DNA from: Bacteroidia bacterium
Lineage (GTDB): Bacteria; Bacteroidota; Bacteroidia; B-17B0; Aurantibacillaceae
Direction of reading: 5' to 3'
DNA length: 64,000 nt
Assembly (NCBI GenBank): GCA_016787785.1
Contig: JAEUTO010000015.1
Span: 1-64,000 of the forward strand
The position numbers were made by a program, and so were the translations under genes. Shown one piece after another: positions 60,347 to 64,000 of the stretch (the first letter of the stretch is position 1; the number at the start of each line of letters is the position of its first letter). Below the pieces are notes generated by a model, which saw nothing but the letters and a program-made list of their open reading frames with translations, was not told the origin of the DNA and ran no database searches.

Positions 60347-63300
60347 TTATCTGTAAATACTTACGTTTCCTTTTTGGTCGTAGGTTTTATCGTCTTTACC
60401 TGTGGCTTTTATAATATAAAAATAGGTGCCGGCCGGTAATTCTTTGCCAGCAGAGTTTTTGCCGTCCCATTCAATATTGCCGGTAGTGCTATTACTTTCG
60501 TAAACTTTATTGCCCCAACGGTCAAAAATTATTGCGTTTATTTCTGAAACGTTAGCCACTTTTAAGAAGAAAACATCATTGCTTCCATCACCATTTGGTG
60601 TGAAAACGTTTGGTACTTCCAACTTAGAAGGCAATTCAACTTTTATAACTTTTTGAACGGTATCTAAACATGTTCCTTTTACAACGTACATAGTTACTGT
60701 ATAAGTTCCGGCATTAGAATAAGTTGTTACCGGAGAAATACTTGCAGAATTAGTTACCTGACTTTGCCCATTGCCAAAGCTCCAAACCGATGTAATGCTT
60801 GAAGCACCGGTTGCAGTTGAACTTGATGAAGAAAGGTTGGTAAAGTTTACAGTCAACGGTGCATAACCGGTATAAGTACTCGGTAAGAAATCACCATTTA
60901 TTCCACCGTTAATTACCTCAACATTACCATAAGAAAAACATCCATTTGCAGGATTGGTAACAATAATTCTATAAGGTCCTGGTTTATTTACTACAGTTAT
61001 TGATGAAGTATAAGAAGTGAAAGATGTGGTTGGCACCGCTACCCATGAATAAGTGAAACCAGTTGTAGTTCCACTAATAATAGGATAAATAGTAGCTCCC
61101 GGTGAAGCGCAATCTAATACAAATGGCGGTGGTGATGCAGGAGTATTTACAACAGGATAGATCCTGTTATCACCTAAAGTTTTAGTAGCTACCGATGTAC
61201 AACCATTATTAAGATCTTTTGCGACTAACGTATATTGATTGGCGATGCCGGCTGGCGTGTAAGCTATATAAGTAGAAGTTACCTGCTGTGTTTGTTGCGG
61301 CGATGGCCCTGACCAAACATAACCTATCACTGGTAACGTTGGAAAGAAAATTGCTGGCACATTACTGGTACTTCCATTTGTGAAGTTAATCGTAGGCGTG
61401 TGACAACTAATTTGATTACTACCCGTAATTATTGCTGTTGGTTTGGCCGTGTTTTGATAAACGGTTAATGTTTGCGTGCTTTTACACAAATTAATTGCGT
61501 CGGTTACAATTAAAGTATATGTAGCAACAACAGTATTTGTAGTATTTGTAGTTGTAAAAACAGTTAACGTATCGTTTGGCACCTGCCCTGCCGGCGGACC
61601 CGGAAATGCCCAGCTAAAGCTGGTATTAGGTGTGCCGCTTGTACCATGCAACAATGTTTTTGGAATATCGCAGGTTAACGTTGGATTATTTGCTGATGCA
61701 GTTATTTGCGGTGCAAATGTATTTGAAATAATAGACACCGGAATTTTTGTCTCGCAATTATTTGTATTGTCATGTACAATAACCGTGTATTGTCCTGGTA
61801 CATTTGCTGTGTAAGTTGCAGAGCCTCCAACAGTATAAGTTGGACCAACAAAGGTTGGCGGCAACACTGTATAAGATACTGGTCCGCCTGGTGCAGGGAA
61901 AGTTGTTACATTAGAAATATTTATGGTTGCTAAACTTGTAGTAGAACATCCTATTGTAAATTGTTGCGGGCTGGAAATTGTATATGTTGGGAAACCAGAT
62001 GAAGAAGTAATAGTAACCGTTTTGCAGGTACTGCAACCACTCACATTATCTGTTACGCAATACGTGTAAGTTCCGGGCGCACTCGAATTATAAATTGAAA
62101 CTGTACCGCCATTTGTAGCCGCTCCGGGAGAGAACGGAGAATACCACGAGTGCGTAATGTTAGTTAAACTTGAAGTTGTAATTCCTGTAAAAGTTGCAGG
62201 TGATCCAATAGGACAAACAATATTTTGTGCTACAGGAGAAACAGTAGATGCAGGAACGCTTATATTTTGCGATACAACAAAAGTTTGTGTAGCCTGGCAA
62301 CCCGAAACAGGATTAACACCCGTTACAGACCATGTTCCCATGTTTAAATTTGTGAAACTCGCAAGCGTTCCTGTTTGCGGAGCATTAATACTATTCGTCC
62401 AGGTGTAATTATTAGTTGCTGGATTAACTGCAATATTTACTGTTGGCTGCGAGCAGGTTACAGTATAACTGCTTCCTCCAGGAATTAAATTAAATGTAAT
62501 TGGTGGTGGAATAGGATTTAAAACAAAACTTGCCGTAGTAGAGCAGCCACCGGCTGTTGTTACTGTTGCATTATAAGTTCCGGGCGCATTATTTCCACTA
62601 CCCGCTGTTTGCGTTGAGCTTCCTATACTTGCAGGAATTGGCGACCATGTGACCGTATAATTTGGCACGGGAACCGCAGGCGTAAACGTTAATCCTAAAT
62701 TAAATGCATTAAGACTGTTTGTACAGGTAGATTGTGTTGTAGTTGGAATAGCACTTGGTTGTGGATTTACGCTCACCGTAGAAACACCAGTTGTTGTTTG
62801 AATAGCGTTAGAACTATTTAAACCGGTAATGTACGTTGTGTAAGTTGTTGTTACCAAAGGAGACACAACAAAGCTTCCTGTTGTGTTTGACAAAGCTCCA
62901 GGGTTAAGAGAAAAAGTTGGATTACTTAATGCCGCAAAATTAACCGGAACAATTGTTGCAGTTGCACCTGCACAAATTAAATAATTTGGATTACAGTTTG
63001 GATTACATGATAAAGAAGCCGTGCCTAATGATTGAAAAGATACCAATGTACTAACACCACTATAATTTGAGATGCAAATAATAAATTGTTGACAGGCATT
63101 TACCGCTAACGGCGGTTCAAAGTTGGATGGGTTTCCACCAACTGCTGTAATATTTGCAGCAGAAGCAATACCTGTTCCACCTGAAGAACTTCCATTCCAA
63201 TTACAGCGTATAGGAGGTAACGTATTATTCATAATATTGGAACACGCGCTTGGCGAATATGGCCACATGGCCCAATCATAAAAACCTGCTTGTGGATTAG

Positions 63301-63610
63301 CACTCGTTGCGGCGCCAAAAGCAAATTCTAAGTTTCCAGGATTTCCAATTGTAATTAATAACCATTGTGGCACGTTCTCTCCAGCCAATAAACATCCAGA
63401 ATTTGTTGAAGCAGGATTTGTTGTTGGATTACTGATATTAGAAGGCGGGCTTGTTGGAATGTCGTTTACAGCGCCATTCCCGGCGGTTGGATAAAACGTA
63501 AAGTTTGGCGTTGTACAAAGCGGTATAGCATTTATACAATCTGCGTTTGTTTGCGAATTTATTTTTTGATTAATAAAAATGATCACAAATAATAAAATAA
63601 TTTTTTTCAT
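60347..63610 (-). CDS. Large Thr/Ser-rich cell-surface protein with Ig/PKD-like repeats and T9SS type-B C-terminal sorting domain; paralog B
   Basis: Signal peptide MKKIILLFVIIFINQKINSQ; C-terminal ~560 aa nearly identical to paralog A, including PNVFTPNGDGSNDVFF. Confidence 0.75.
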   Translation of the reverse strand: MKKIILLFVIIFINQKINSQTNADCINAIPLCTTPNFTFYPTAGNGAVNDIPTSPPSNISNPTTNPASTNSGCLLAGENVPQWLLITIGNPGNLEFAFGAATSANPQAGFYDWAMWPYSPSACSNIMNNTLPPIRCNWNGSSSGGTGIASAANITAVGGNPSNFEPPLAVNACQQFIICISNYSGVSTLVSFQSLGTASLSCNPNCNPNYLICAGATATIVPVNFAALSNPTFSLNPGALSNTTGSFVVSPLVTTTYTTYITGLNSSNAIQTTTGVSTVSVNPQPSAIPTTTQSTCTNSLNAFNLGLTFTPAVPVPNYTVTWSPIPASIGSSTQTAGSGNNAPGTYNATVTTAGGCSTTASFVLNPIPPPITFNLIPGGSSYTVTCSQPTVNIAVNPATNNYTWTNSINAPQTGTLASFTNLNMGTWSVTGVNPVSGCQATQTFVVSQNISVPASTVSPVAQNIVCPIGSPATFTGITTSSLTNITHSWYSPFSPGAATNGGTVSIYNSSAPGTYTYCVTDNVSGCSTCKTVTITSSSGFPTYTISSPQQFTIGCSTTSLATINISNVTTFPAPGGPVSYTVLPPTFVGPTYTVGGSATYTANVPGQYTVIVHDNTNNCETKIPVSIISNTFAPQITASANNPTLTCDIPKTLLHGTSGTPNTSFSWAFPGPPAGQVPNDTLTVFTTTNTTNTVVATYTLIVTDAINLCKSTQTLTVYQNTAKPTAIITGSNQISCHTPTINFTNGSTSNVPAIFFPTLPVIGYVWSGPSPQQTQQVTSTYIAYTPAGIANQYTLVAKDLNNGCTSVATKTLGDNRIYPVVNTPASPPPFVLDCASPGATIYPIISGTTTGFTYSWVAVPTTSFTSYTSSITVVNKPGPYRIIVTNPANGCFSYGNVEVINGGINGDFLPSTYTGYAPLTVNFTNLSSSSSTATGASSITSVWSFGNGQSQVTNSASISPVTTYSNAGTYTVTMYVVKGTCLDTVQKVIKVELPSKLEVPNVFTPNGDGSNDVFFLKVANVSEINAIIFDRWGNKVYESNSTTGNIEWDGKNSAGKELPAGTYFYIIKATGKDDKTYDQKGNVSIYR

Positions 63611-63621
63611 GTATAAATTTT

Positions 63622-63984
63622 TTATCGGGTGATTAATTTATTAATGGACTCAAATATTTTTTCTGAAGGAATGTTTTTATAGATCTCTTTACCCTGATCA
63701 TCAAATACAAAATTTGCAGGTGTAGCTGCAACATCAACCGAATTTAATTGTATCAGTTTTGTTGCGCCATCTTTGCTTAAAATAACTGAGGCCGACTCGC
63801 CCTCCTTATTAATGGCAACACAAATAAGGCCTTTTAAGCCGCCCTTTAGTTTAGCAAATTCGTAGATCCCATAATTTCTATTGAAGTGCTTATTCGCCTC
63901 TCTGGACTCCTGATTGTCCGATGACCAAACGTTTACCGCAATTAAATGATCGGCCATATTTATCTCTGGATGGCTTTCTTGCAT
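63622..63984 (-). CDS. Thioredoxin-fold (TlpA-like, CxxC-less) protein, probably 5'-truncated by the window edge
   Basis: TlpA-like context ...LIAVNVWSSDNQESREANKHF... with no catalytic cysteines; the ORF likely continues beyond 64000. Confidence 0.35.
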   Translation of the reverse strand: MQESHPEINMADHLIAVNVWSSDNQESREANKHFNRNYGIYEFAKLKGGLKGLICVAINKEGESASVILSKDGATKLIQLNSVDVAATPANFVFDDQGKEIYKNIPSEKIFESINKLITR

Positions 63985-64000
63985 CGCTTTTTTTACTTTT

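Noticed and set aside
1-64000. CRISPR arrays, IS elements, integrases, rRNA and tRNA genes
   Set aside because: I scanned both strands and found no repeat-spacer periodicity, no transposase or integrase motifs, and no rRNA or tRNA hallmarks.

Overview
This 64 kb window looks like a low-GC Bacteroidota chromosome segment (Sphingobacteriia/Flavobacteriia-like). The clues are a DUF4290 gene directly upstream of murA, type-A and type-B T9SS C-terminal sorting domains, an HxlR regulator, and AT-rich Rho-independent terminator hairpins. I found no rRNA, tRNA, CRISPR array, transposase or integrase. The backbone is core metabolism and housekeeping: murA, grpE-dnaJ, obg, adk, hpt, tsaC/sua5, ispF, pgk, hemL, panB, sucC, nhaA and a DEAD-box helicase. 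Between these sit envelope and accessory modules. One is an iron-regulator-associated redox cluster: a divergent DtxR-family repressor and a CX4CH lipoprotein, followed by a DUF1111 di-heme protein, a Rieske protein and an outer-membrane (OM) beta-barrel. Another is a pair of large, recently duplicated T9SS type-B surface adhesins. There are several thioredoxin-fold envelope proteins, some of which have lost the CxxC active site and are fused to OmpA domains. The adenylate kinase carries a roughly 170-aa histone-H1-like KAAK tail. There is a tandem pair of tiny cysteine-rich lipopeptides and several tight operons of uncharacterised secreted proteins. All calls rest on motif recognition in the supplied translations. 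I could run no database searches.
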